24,000 bases of DNA from an uncultured Ignisphaera sp. (GTDB taxonomy: Archaea > Thermoproteota > Thermoprotei_A > Sulfolobales > Ignisphaeraceae), in the NCBI GenBank assembly GCA_964568685.1, contig CAZMQK010000002.1:16554-40553 (forward strand), in the 5' to 3' direction. The notes beneath the pieces are model-generated. The model saw only the letters and a program-made list of their open reading frames with translations, made no database searches and was not told the DNA's origin. Of this stretch, positions 6,842 to 14,108 are shown in pieces (position 1 is the first letter of the stretch; every line of letters starts with the position of its first letter). The position numbers and the translations under genes were made by a program.

Positions 6842-7696
6842 ATGCACCTCCTATTTGCTGATGGCCATGCACATTCAAATCCTGTAAAAGGGCTTGGTAT
6901 GAGGAGCATTGCTAAGAGGTTTAAGCAGCTTGGAGGCTGGTTTATTGCTGTCGTATCTCTCTCCCCACATCACTATGGATTCGAGCTTACTCTTGATGGG
7001 TATAGGAAAGCTGTTGAAATAGTTATTAATGAATGTAGGGTTGCAAGTGAGGAGGGGTTGAAGGTAGCGTGCTTTGCAGGTATTCACCCAGCCGACATAG
7101 ACTATCTAATATCAAAGAATCCTAAGAATAGTGACGGTGTCGTTGCCCTTGCCATAAATGTCGTAAATTACATTGCAAAAATGGTTAGAGAGGGGGTTTT
7201 GACTGGTATTGGCGAAGTCGGAAGACCTCATTATAAGGCACTACCAGAGTCCTTCACTGTAAACGCGATTGTAATGAGGCACGCCTTGAATGTCGCTAGA
7301 GATTTGCAGTGCTTAGTTCACCTGCACCTAGAACAGGGTGGCTATGCAACAGTTTACGATATCAACGAAGTGACAGCCTTAGTGGGGCTTAGTAAAGACA
7401 AAGTTGTGCTACACCATAGCGATATTTTAACAGCTCACTATGCGCAGGAATTTGGATTTGTCTTTACAATACCTGGTAAACTGCCTGTTTTATCTGAAGC
7501 TTTTAAGAGATTTACACCAAGTTATATCATCGAAAGTGATTTTATTGACGATCCTAAGAGGCCTGGCACATCCTCTTACCCTTGGCAAATAATTGAAAAC
7601 CAGCTTAGACTTTTAAATACAGGACTTGTTTCAGAGGAGTATCTACATAAGATTAACATAGATAACGTAGCAAGAGTTTATAACATAGAACCGTAG
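6842..7696 (+). CDS. TatD-family metal-dependent hydrolase
   Basis: MHLLFADGHAH (DxHxH), GIHPAD, GIGEVGRPHY, LVHLHLE, LHHSD and IESDFIDDP follow the order of TatD/amidohydrolase metal-ligand motifs. I prefer ATG 6842 over the track start at 6830, because 6830 directly abuts the D box of the upstream sRNA and TatD proteins normally begin a few residues before DxHxH. Confidence 0.75.
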   Translation: MHLLFADGHAHSNPVKGLGMRSIAKRFKQLGGWFIAVVSLSPHHYGFELTLDGYRKAVEIVINECRVASEEGLKVACFAGIHPADIDYLISKNPKNSDGVVALAINVVNYIAKMVREGVLTGIGEVGRPHYKALPESFTVNAIVMRHALNVARDLQCLVHLHLEQGGYATVYDINEVTALVGLSKDKVVLHHSDILTAHYAQEFGFVFTIPGKLPVLSEAFKRFTPSYIIESDFIDDPKRPGTSSYPWQIIENQLRLLNTGLVSEEYLHKINIDNVARVYNIEP

Positions 7697-7754
7697 TGAG
7701 CTCTGTATTAGTTATATAGCTGGTAACTGTAAGCATTTTTGCTAACCTTCAGTA

Positions 7755-7762
7755 TTTATAAA
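7755..7762 (+). promoter_or_regulatory. Palindromic TATA box TTTATAAA
   Basis: It follows a T5 run (7735-7739) that could terminate the TatD gene. Its centre is about 27 nt upstream of GGGCC at 7785, where the GC-enriched island begins. Confidence 0.4.
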
Positions 7763-7784
7763 CTTCTGGACACCTAGCCTTTAT

Positions 7785-7935
7785 GGGCCTACGCTGATGA
7801 GCATGCCCTGGCCAAGGGAACAACAGGCCCTGAGGTGTAGGTGAGGACTTAAAGCAGATGATGAGTTTAGAGAGTCTATGTTGAGCCCTGACACACCCAT
7901 CATGTGAGGTATGAGCCCCCGACCTAGTGTATGTA
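7785..7935 (+). ncRNA. Unassigned GC-enriched island; candidate structured non-coding RNA (strand and ends tentative)
   Basis: My hand count gives about 52% GC over 7771-7950 against AT-rich flanks. The only ORFs here (63 and 71 aa, minus strand) have un-protein-like composition. Nested helices are CACCTA 7771-7776 with TAGGTG 7838-7843, GGGCCT 7785-7790 with AGGCCC 7825-7830, and CCCT 7806-7809 with AGGG 7815-7818. ATGATG 7858-7863 pairs with CATCAT 7898-7903. C/D-like words occur (CTGATGA 7794, CTGA 7830, ATGATGA 7858, CTGA 7888) but with non-canonical spacing. GCCCTG is repeated three times. Confidence 0.3.
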
Positions 7936-8098
7936 ACATCAAGGCGAGAGCAAAGTGTTCGCAAATATTCACAGATGATTGACTCAGAGAAACTTGGAGC
8001 GTATTCTAAATATTTTAAATAGTTGCAAGTGCCTACAAAGAGCGTGTCTACTCATTGTAAAAGTGGATAAGGAAACACTACAACAAAAGATTTCTCAA

Positions 8099-8125
8099 AT
8101 GGTGTGAAGATACGTTGATCACCAT
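8099..8125 (+). ncRNA. Stand-alone K-loop-like hairpin (possible L7Ae-binding element)
   Basis: A 6-bp Watson-Crick stem ATGGTG/CACCAT is followed by U-U (8105/8119) and tandem G-A/A-G (8106-8107 opposite 8118-8117) closing a 9-nt loop. This is the geometry of a D'(NUGA)-loop-C'(GAUN) K-loop, with a compensated closing pair. Confidence 0.3.
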
Positions 8126-8161
8126 CTAACCTTTAATGCGACTATGAGTAATTACAGTGAT

Positions 8162-8220
8162 GTGATTCAGCTGAGACAGGTATCATCACTGCATCAGGTT
8201 GTGAGCTTCATCACGATGAG
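8162..8220 (-). ncRNA. C/D box sRNA
   Basis: The minus strand reads GTGATGA(C, 8214-8208)-AGCTCACAAC(10)-CTGA(D', 8197-8194)-TGCA-GTGATGA(C', 8189-8183)-TACCTGTCTCAG(12)-CTGA(D, 8170-8167). All four boxes are consensus. The D guide is complementary to the conserved LSU segment UGAGACAGGU, recalled from memory. Confidence 0.8.
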
Positions 8221-8223
8221 CCC

Positions 8224-8262
8224 TTAACATTAATAAGCTTTGGAAGTTATTTACTTTTTGCG
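8224..8262. promoter_or_regulatory. Divergent AT-rich promoter spacer between two sRNA genes
   Basis: ATTAATAA (8229-8236) lies about 27 nt before the plus-strand sRNA 5' end. GTAAATAACT on the minus strand (plus 8245-8254) lies about 27 nt before the minus-strand sRNA 5' end. Confidence 0.4.
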
Positions 8263-8322
8263 AATATTGTGATGATACGACGGTCTCCTGAGTGGTGATG
8301 TCACTTCTCTTCGCTGATTTAT
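8263..8322 (+). ncRNA. C/D box sRNA
   Basis: GTGATGA(C, 8269-8275)-TACGACGGTCTC(12)-CTGA(D', 8288-8291)-GTG-GTGATGT(C', 8295-8301)-CACTTCTCTTCG(12)-CTGA(D, 8314-8317). The D' guide is complementary to the conserved LSU segment AGACCGUCGU, recalled from memory. Confidence 0.8.
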
Positions 8323-8378
8323 TAATCAGTTCTTCAAAAGTAGGTTTTACAGTGAAGGATTGTACATGGCTAAAACTT

Positions 8379-8397
8379 CTTTTAATAGGTTATATAT
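8379..8397 (+). promoter_or_regulatory. TATA-like elements of the reverse gyrase promoter
   Basis: CTTTTAATAGG followed by TTATATAT predicts a transcription start at about 8411-8424. That is downstream of the track's TTG start at 8360. Confidence 0.4.
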
Positions 8398-8428
8398 CTG
8401 TTTTTGTACAAGTACAGATAGAGTTGTA

Positions 8429-11400
8429 ATGCAATGTATTTGGTGCTACGTGATGGAGGTGTACAGCAGTACTACTATCGAGAGGAATGCGCGTGCCAGT
8501 AGCATGGCATTGCCTTTAGCAAGATATATGAGATTGTGTGTTAATTGTGGAGGGCCTGTAGATGATGTTAGAGCATTGAATAGAAATGCCTGTGAAAAGT
8601 GCATGCAAGGCCACACAATTATAAGAGTGTCCTCCTTTAGGGAGTTGGCTAAGTATGTGCAAAAACCATCTGATAGGCTGAGCCATCTTATAGAAATAGA
8701 GAAGTTTGTTGAGGAATTCACAAAATTTTTTAGTGAGTGTGTCGGGGGGGCCCCCTGGAATTTACAGGTAAGCTGGTCATATAGGATAGCTCAAAATCAA
8801 AGTTTTGCTATGATAGCCCCTACAGGAGTGGGAAAAACAACCTTTGGATTAGTCTCAGCCCTCTTCTTAGCATATAAATACAGTAGAAAGGTGTACATAG
8901 TTGTACCCACATCTGTTCTTGTTGAACATTACTACAGAAAGCTCTTAGAGTATATGAATAAAGCAGGTATAGTTGTAGAGATCATAGCACTTCACTCTAA
9001 GATTTCAGCCAAGAGAAGACTAGAATTGGAAAACAGCGTTAAGGAGGGCAAATTTGACATTTTAATAACGACATCAAATTACTTACAGAGGAACTTTACA
9101 GAAATCTTTAAGCCGTTAATTGATAGGGGCGTTAAAATAGATCTTATCTTTGTTGATGATGTTGATGCTGTGATGAAGGGGAGTAAGGCAATAGAACATA
9201 TACTACTGTTGATGGGATTCTCTAAAGAGGATATAGAGTTGGGATACAGGCTAGCGAATTTAAGGCTAAGGCTCATAAGGTGTAATAGTGAGAGGAGGGC
9301 TCATAGTGAATACTGTAAGGAGGAGGGTGCACCAATAACAGAGCTATTTAATGCATACCAAAAGAGGCTTGTTGAAAAAAGAGCTAAAGTTGGTATGCTT
9401 ATTGTCAGTTCTGCAACTGGTAGGGCAAGGGGGCGAAGAATCAAATTGTTTAGAGAGCTTCTGGGATTCATCATAGGAGCTGGTGTAGAGATCTACAGAA
9501 ACATATGTGATACATATGTCTATACTAGTGAAAAGCATGTAGCAGAGCTGTTAAGCAAACTCATAAAGAGCCTTGGGCTTGGGGGGCTTGTCTTTGTACC
9601 CATTGACAAGGGTATTGCGGAGGCTCAGAGAATAGTTCAAGAGCTGAGAAGTAGAGGTATAGAGGCAGATGTTATCGTAAGTAAGCGGAGTAAAGCACTA
9701 CAAGACTTTGTAGAAGGCAGGTTACAGGTTGTAGTAGGTGTAGCAACATACTATGGTCTTCTTGTTAGGGGTATTGACCTGCCAGAAGTGATAAGGTATG
9801 CAATATTCCTTGGGGTGCCAAGGCACAAAGTGTCGCTTACAAAGATAGAGTACAACCCAACTACACTGCTTAGGTTATTAGCAGCGCTACTTGAAATTGC
9901 CGATGATAGGGAAAAGAGAGAAATTATGAATTACATTACCCTACTAAGAAGAATTGTCAGAAGAGTCTCAGTAGCTACGCTAAAAAGCGTGGTTAAGGCT
10001 CTTGAGGAAGGTCAGGAAGTTGAAGAAGATGTTGCAAAGACTCTGATAAAGATACGTAACTATGTCTTTGATATGATAAAGAGAGCTGATGTAATTGATA
10101 AGTTGAAGAGAAGCGAAACGTTAGTTATACGTGAAGAGAATGGGCAGCTGTACATGCTAGTACCAGATGCCCCAACATATATTCAGGCAAGTGGTAGAAC
10201 ATCGAGACTCTACATAGGGGGCATAACTAGGGGGCTTTCCATAGTTATAGTCGATGATATTAGGCTTTTGAAGGGATTAGAAAAACGGCTGAGGTTTTAT
10301 GTTGATGACTTTAAGTTTTACGATCTCCGCGAGGTCGCATTGGAGCAGGAATTGACGAATATTGATAGGGATAGGGAGGTAATCAAGATGCTAAAACTTG
10401 GTGCACTACCTGAGGACATAGTGAAGAGGAGAGAAGAGCTTGTGAAGACTGTGCTATTTGTTGTTGAGTCACCCAATAAGGCAAGAACTATAGCATCGTT
10501 TTTTGGGAGGCCCTCAGTAAGGGACTATGGCGTTCTTAAAGTTTATGAGGTAAATATAGGTAAAATGCACTTGCTTATAACAGCATCAGGTGGTCACGTA
10601 TTTGATCTAGTTGAAGATGAGCTTTCGCAAGACTCTATCTACGGCGTTGAAAAACGCAATTATGGTGGCATCACCTGGTTTGTGCCTCGCTATGACTTTA
10701 TTAAAAGATGTTTGAATTGCGGCACTCAGTTTGTAAAGGGGGATAAATGCCCTATATGCGGCTTCTCGAATTTCAAATCTTCTAAAGATGTTGTCGAAGC
10801 TTTGCAGCGCCTAGCTGTCGAAGTGGATGAGGTCATTATAGCAACAGACCCTGATGCAGAAGGCGAGAAAATAGGCTATGATATAGCTGTGGCTTTAGCT
10901 CCCTATGCTAAAAGCATCAAGAGAGCGGAATTTCATGAAGTAACAAGGAGAGCTATTTTGACAGCTTTTGAAAACCTTAGAGATATAAATGCCCAGCTTG
11001 TGAAAGCCCAACTAGCTAGGAGAATTGAAGATCGTTGGCTTGGTTTTGCACTTTCAGAGTATGTGACTAAGCGCTATGCTAAAGTGAGTGGACGTGAGAA
11101 ATTAGATAAGAGGTACAGTGCTGGCAGGGTTCAGACACCTGTATTAGGAAAAATAATAGAATTAGCCTTAGCTAAGATTCGTACACTAAGAAAGAGCAAA
11201 GTAGTTAAGGTAGGTGCACTAACTTTTGAGATACCAGAGGAAGTGATAGAAAAGTATAACTTAAAGAAGGTGAAGCAAAAACGTATTGATATAGTGTTTA
11301 AACCAGTAAAATCGTACACAGATTCACTATACCCACCTCCACCGTTTACAACAGATGAAATGCTATCAGAGGCCCAGAGAGTGCTGCTAATAAGCTCTGT

Positions 11401-12463
11401 AGAGGCTATGAGAATAGCGCAAGAGCTATTCGAACTGGGTTTCATAACATATCATAGAACTGATAGCACTAGAATTTCGTCAGCAGGAATAGGCATAGCG
11501 AAGGAGTATCTTACAAAGGTATTTGGTGATGAGGTGGGCCATTACTTCACACCAAGAACATGGGGTGAAGGAGGGGCTCACGAAGCCATAAGGCCTACGA
11601 GAGCCATAGATGCTACAGAGCTAAGGGAGCTTATAGCAGAAGGAATTATAGAGGTTCCCATAAGGCTAACGCCTCAGCATCTCAAACTATATGACTTAAT
11701 ATTTAGAAGGTTTATGGCAAGTCAGATGAGGCCTGCAACTATAGAAAGGGTATTATATGATGTAGAGATAGTGTATAGAGTTGAAAATACTTACATTTGC
11801 TTGTGGAAAGGGAATCTGGATATTGTGGTGAATATCATAGAGCCTGGCTTTATCTTAATTTACTCACCTATTCAAGTAGTGGCGCTTCCTAAGCATGAAG
11901 TGATTGTGAAACCGTCAAATATTAGGACTGCTGAGATCAGTGATGTAAAATTACCATCGCAAGGAGACATCATTAAATGGATGAAAATGGTTGAAATAGG
12001 GAGACCAAGCACTTATGCGAAGATAATTGAAACAATTCAAAAGAGAAGATATGTGTATGCAATTGGTAAGAAAGTGCAGTATCTTATACCCTCTATCACC
12101 GGAATACTGATATACATGCTCTTAGTAGGAAATAGGTTTCCTGACGAGGAGGAGGAGAGGTACGATCTACTACATATCGTAGAGAAGTATTTGAATAAAT
12201 ATAGCTTCATAGCCGGGGATGTCGATGCACTACAACTTGTTAAAACCATTGAAACAGTGCTAAGTGGTGCTTCAAAGGATGCCGAAGTGATTGCAAGCAT
12301 GGTATCGGTCTCGCGAACAACTGAGCTGCTCAAGAAGATGGAGCAAATAGAGAGTGGAGAGGCGGACTATAGGGAGATTATAGAGGATCTTCTTAGAGAG
12401 ATGTGCAAAAATATATTGCCTTTAGTACATAGTCATGATGTAGTGAGCTCAGCATGTCTGTAA
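8429..12463 (+). CDS. rgy: Reverse gyrase (fused SF2 helicase-like domain and type IA topoisomerase)
   Basis: N-terminal zinc finger CVNCGG...CEKC. Helicase motifs are APTGVGKTT, FVDDVD, SSATG and QASGRTSR. The Toprim region has VVESPNKARTI, a second zinc ribbon CLNCG...CPICG and ATDPDAEGEKI. The topo IA active-site region is ITYHRTDS. The start is ambiguous among ATG 8429, 8453 and 8504; 8504 (MALPLARYMRLCVNCGG) looks most like the homologue N-termini I remember. Confidence 0.95.
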   Translation: MQCIWCYVMEVYSSTTIERNARASSMALPLARYMRLCVNCGGPVDDVRALNRNACEKCMQGHTIIRVSSFRELAKYVQKPSDRLSHLIEIEKFVEEFTKFFSECVGGAPWNLQVSWSYRIAQNQSFAMIAPTGVGKTTFGLVSALFLAYKYSRKVYIVVPTSVLVEHYYRKLLEYMNKAGIVVEIIALHSKISAKRRLELENSVKEGKFDILITTSNYLQRNFTEIFKPLIDRGVKIDLIFVDDVDAVMKGSKAIEHILLLMGFSKEDIELGYRLANLRLRLIRCNSERRAHSEYCKEEGAPITELFNAYQKRLVEKRAKVGMLIVSSATGRARGRRIKLFRELLGFIIGAGVEIYRNICDTYVYTSEKHVAELLSKLIKSLGLGGLVFVPIDKGIAEAQRIVQELRSRGIEADVIVSKRSKALQDFVEGRLQVVVGVATYYGLLVRGIDLPEVIRYAIFLGVPRHKVSLTKIEYNPTTLLRLLAALLEIADDREKREIMNYITLLRRIVRRVSVATLKSVVKALEEGQEVEEDVAKTLIKIRNYVFDMIKRADVIDKLKRSETLVIREENGQLYMLVPDAPTYIQASGRTSRLYIGGITRGLSIVIVDDIRLLKGLEKRLRFYVDDFKFYDLREVALEQELTNIDRDREVIKMLKLGALPEDIVKRREELVKTVLFVVESPNKARTIASFFGRPSVRDYGVLKVYEVNIGKMHLLITASGGHVFDLVEDELSQDSIYGVEKRNYGGITWFVPRYDFIKRCLNCGTQFVKGDKCPICGFSNFKSSKDVVEALQRLAVEVDEVIIATDPDAEGEKIGYDIAVALAPYAKSIKRAEFHEVTRRAILTAFENLRDINAQLVKAQLARRIEDRWLGFALSEYVTKRYAKVSGREKLDKRYSAGRVQTPVLGKIIELALAKIRTLRKSKVVKVGALTFEIPEEVIEKYNLKKVKQKRIDIVFKPVKSYTDSLYPPPPFTTDEMLSEAQRVLLISSVEAMRIAQELFELGFITYHRTDSTRISSAGIGIAKEYLTKVFGDEVGHYFTPRTWGEGGAHEAIRPTRAIDATELRELIAEGIIEVPIRLTPQHLKLYDLIFRRFMASQMRPATIERVLYDVEIVYRVENTYICLWKGNLDIVVNIIEPGFILIYSPIQVVALPKHEVIVKPSNIRTAEISDVKLPSQGDIIKWMKMVEIGRPSTYAKIIETIQKRRYVYAIGKKVQYLIPSITGILIYMLLVGNRFPDEEEERYDLLHIVEKYLNKYSFIAGDVDALQLVKTIETVLSGASKDAEVIASMVSVSRTTELLKKMEQIESGEADYREIIEDLLREMCKNILPLVHSHDVVSSACL

Positions 12464-13263
12464 ATGGAAATGTTATGAGAATTGCGGTACTGCACACTTT
12501 TGTAGAATTCAACGCGAGGAAGAAGAACATAGACAGGGTTTCCTCCTCTATTGAAAGAGCATTACACTACGAAGAGCGTATAAAAATGGTAATTCTGCCA
12601 CAGATGGTAAATGGGATTGCGCTATATGAGGAAATAGCTGGAAAAGGTGTTAAGATTAGTGGAGAGACCATACCGGGCCCCACTATAGAAGAGCTGGTTA
12701 ATGTAAGTAGAAAGTTTAATGCAAGTCTCTTAGTAGGACCTATACTAGAGCGAAGGGGGTCTAAGCTATACAGATCTACAACATTTATATCAGGTTCTGA
12801 AGTGAAGAGTGTTGTGAGACAGATCACGGCTAGAGGTAGGATTAGTGGATACAGAGGAATCCCCTACATAGATTTGAATAGCTCAGGAATAGGAATCTAC
12901 ATTGCTGACGATATATTCTACCCAGAGATTGCCCTCATATTCTCAATTATAAATCCTAGCATAACTATATTCTTTCCTAGCATTGAGAGTGATATTGTAA
13001 AACAACAGTTAATGGCTAGGGCAAGGGCATTGGAAAGTAGAAGTGTGACTATAATGGTAGGAGGTATTTATACGTATAAGCAAGAGATCATGGGAGTTGT
13101 GCCCACTATTGTACTAGATGAGGAGGGGGATGAGGTAGAGAGAGTTGATAAAGTAGACGAAAGAATAATAGTGTTGAATGTGAATGTAAAACTACGACCT
13201 AACCATGTGGTTACAAATGAGAGGAAAAGAATTCTAAAAATTTTAAAGAGGCTATTGCACTAG
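12454..13263 (+). CDS. Carbon-nitrogen hydrolase (nitrilase-superfamily) fold protein lacking the Glu-Lys-Cys triad; predicted non-catalytic
   Basis: It is collinear with the nitrilase-superfamily blocks. VILPQMV stands in for v.fPE, VRQITA for yrKihL, GIGIYIADDIFYPE for G..iCyD..FPE, and ARALESRSVTI for ralEN. The start overlaps the rgy stop by 10 nt; an alternative ATG lies at 12475. Confidence 0.7.
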   Translation: MSVNGNVMRIAVLHTFVEFNARKKNIDRVSSSIERALHYEERIKMVILPQMVNGIALYEEIAGKGVKISGETIPGPTIEELVNVSRKFNASLLVGPILERRGSKLYRSTTFISGSEVKSVVRQITARGRISGYRGIPYIDLNSSGIGIYIADDIFYPEIALIFSIINPSITIFFPSIESDIVKQQLMARARALESRSVTIMVGGIYTYKQEIMGVVPTIVLDEEGDEVERVDKVDERIIVLNVNVKLRPNHVVTNERKRILKILKRLLH

Positions 13264-13460
13264 TTGTCAAAACTAGAATGGCCTATAGCTATTGGTTATT
13301 GAAATTTCTGCGCTGAATTCCACTAGGCTATATTCTTGGCAATTAGGCCAAAGCTTTCTACAATAGACAGAGCACTTACTACAGACAACTAGTGAGTGTG
13401 AGCTGTTTTAGTCAAAGTTATGGTCTAAAGCCGCTGTGAGATGTTTGTACTATCAGCGGT

Positions 13461-13778
13461 TCACTTCTTGCTCACGAGTATTACGTGCCTATTCTTTGCT
13501 AGTAGTTTTACGCCATCGTTCTTAATTAATTCTCTTATCAACTTCTTAGCTATGCTGTACTTTACTCCAAGCTTTTGTGAAAGAGTAAATGGCGTTGTAA
13601 AGCCACTATTGTTAATTTCATCAAGAGCCTTTGCAATCATTGTCGGATCTAAGCCTTGTGTTGGCGCTGTCTTCTTCCCTCTAGTATCCTCCTTTGCACC
13701 TTTCCTAGCCTCCTCCTTAACAATTTTCCGCTGCCTTTTTTCCAGAGTTGAAAGGGGCTTTCCCCCCTTTGTACCCAT
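13461..13778 (-). CDS. rps25e: Ribosomal protein eS25 (S25e)
   Basis: 105 aa, with a Lys/Arg/Glu-rich N-terminal tail and then a winged-helix segment, TPFTLSQKLGVKYSIAKKLIRELIKNDGVKLLAKNRHVILVSK, typical of archaeal S25e. Confidence 0.8.
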   Translation of the reverse strand: MGTKGGKPLSTLEKRQRKIVKEEARKGAKEDTRGKKTAPTQGLDPTMIAKALDEINNSGFTTPFTLSQKLGVKYSIAKKLIRELIKNDGVKLLAKNRHVILVSKK

Positions 13779-13879
13779 GATTTCAGCCTCACTACATATA
13801 AAGTATTCTCAAATAGTTTATCAGTACTCTTGCTTATAAATTATAATCATTGTAAATAGGTAGGTGGTGTAGATGTGCA

Positions 13880-14092
13880 ATGCGTATCGTTACAGTAAAG
13901 ATGCCTGAAACATATTTAGAAGCAATAGATGAGTTGGTGAGAATGGGCAGATACTCTTCAAGGAGTGAAGTAATAAGAACAGCAATAAGGGAATTGTTAA
14001 AGAGGGAGTTATGGGAGTCTAGTCTTGGCCTAGAGAAGTCCAAGAGAAAGAGCGTTAGGTCAAAGGTTGTTGAAGTACTGAAAGAAATCTGA
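13880..14092 (+). CDS. Ribbon-helix-helix (CopG/Arc/MetJ-type) DNA-binding protein
   Basis: [43 protein letters not shown] is a textbook beta-strand, helix, helix RHH pattern. It is 70 aa long and divergent from rps25e. Confidence 0.75.
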   Translation: MRIVTVKMPETYLEAIDELVRMGRYSSRSEVIRTAIRELLKRELWESSLGLEKSKRKSVRSKVVEVLKEI

Positions 14093-14108
14093 GGTTCGGC
14101 GATTTTTT

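Noticed and set aside
7794-7820. Hammerhead-ribozyme-like words: CUGAUGA followed by a small hairpin and GAA
   Set aside because: Five unpaired nucleotides separate CUGAUGA from the only available stem II (4 bp, CCCU/AGGG). The 3' element reads GAAC rather than GAAAC in the proper register. No stem I/III with an NUH cleavage site could be drawn.
7749-7972. Two overlapping minus-strand ORFs (71 aa and 63 aa) in the TatD-rgy gap
   Set aside because: Their composition (rich in His, Cys, Arg, Pro and Ser; poor in Lys, Glu and Ile) is unlike every credible protein in this window. They overlap each other in different frames and have no recognisable motifs. They coincide with the GC-enriched island, which is better explained as structured RNA.
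8060-8080. AGTGGATAAGGAAAC resembling crenarchaeal origin recognition box (ORB) words, which would suggest an oriC in the long AT-rich gap
   Set aside because: There is a single imperfect copy and no inverted ORB pair flanking an unwinding element. There is no orc1/cdc6 or whiP gene nearby, and the gap is instead filled by sRNA genes.
8040-8160. Possible single-hairpin H/ACA sRNA (lower stem 8049-8055/8144-8150, K-loop hairpin 8099-8125, ACA at 8154-8156)
   Set aside because: The 5' side of the would-be pseudouridylation pocket is about 40 nt, against an expected length of under 10 nt. The ACA is also separated from the stem by 3 nt. I kept only the K-loop hairpin as an observation.
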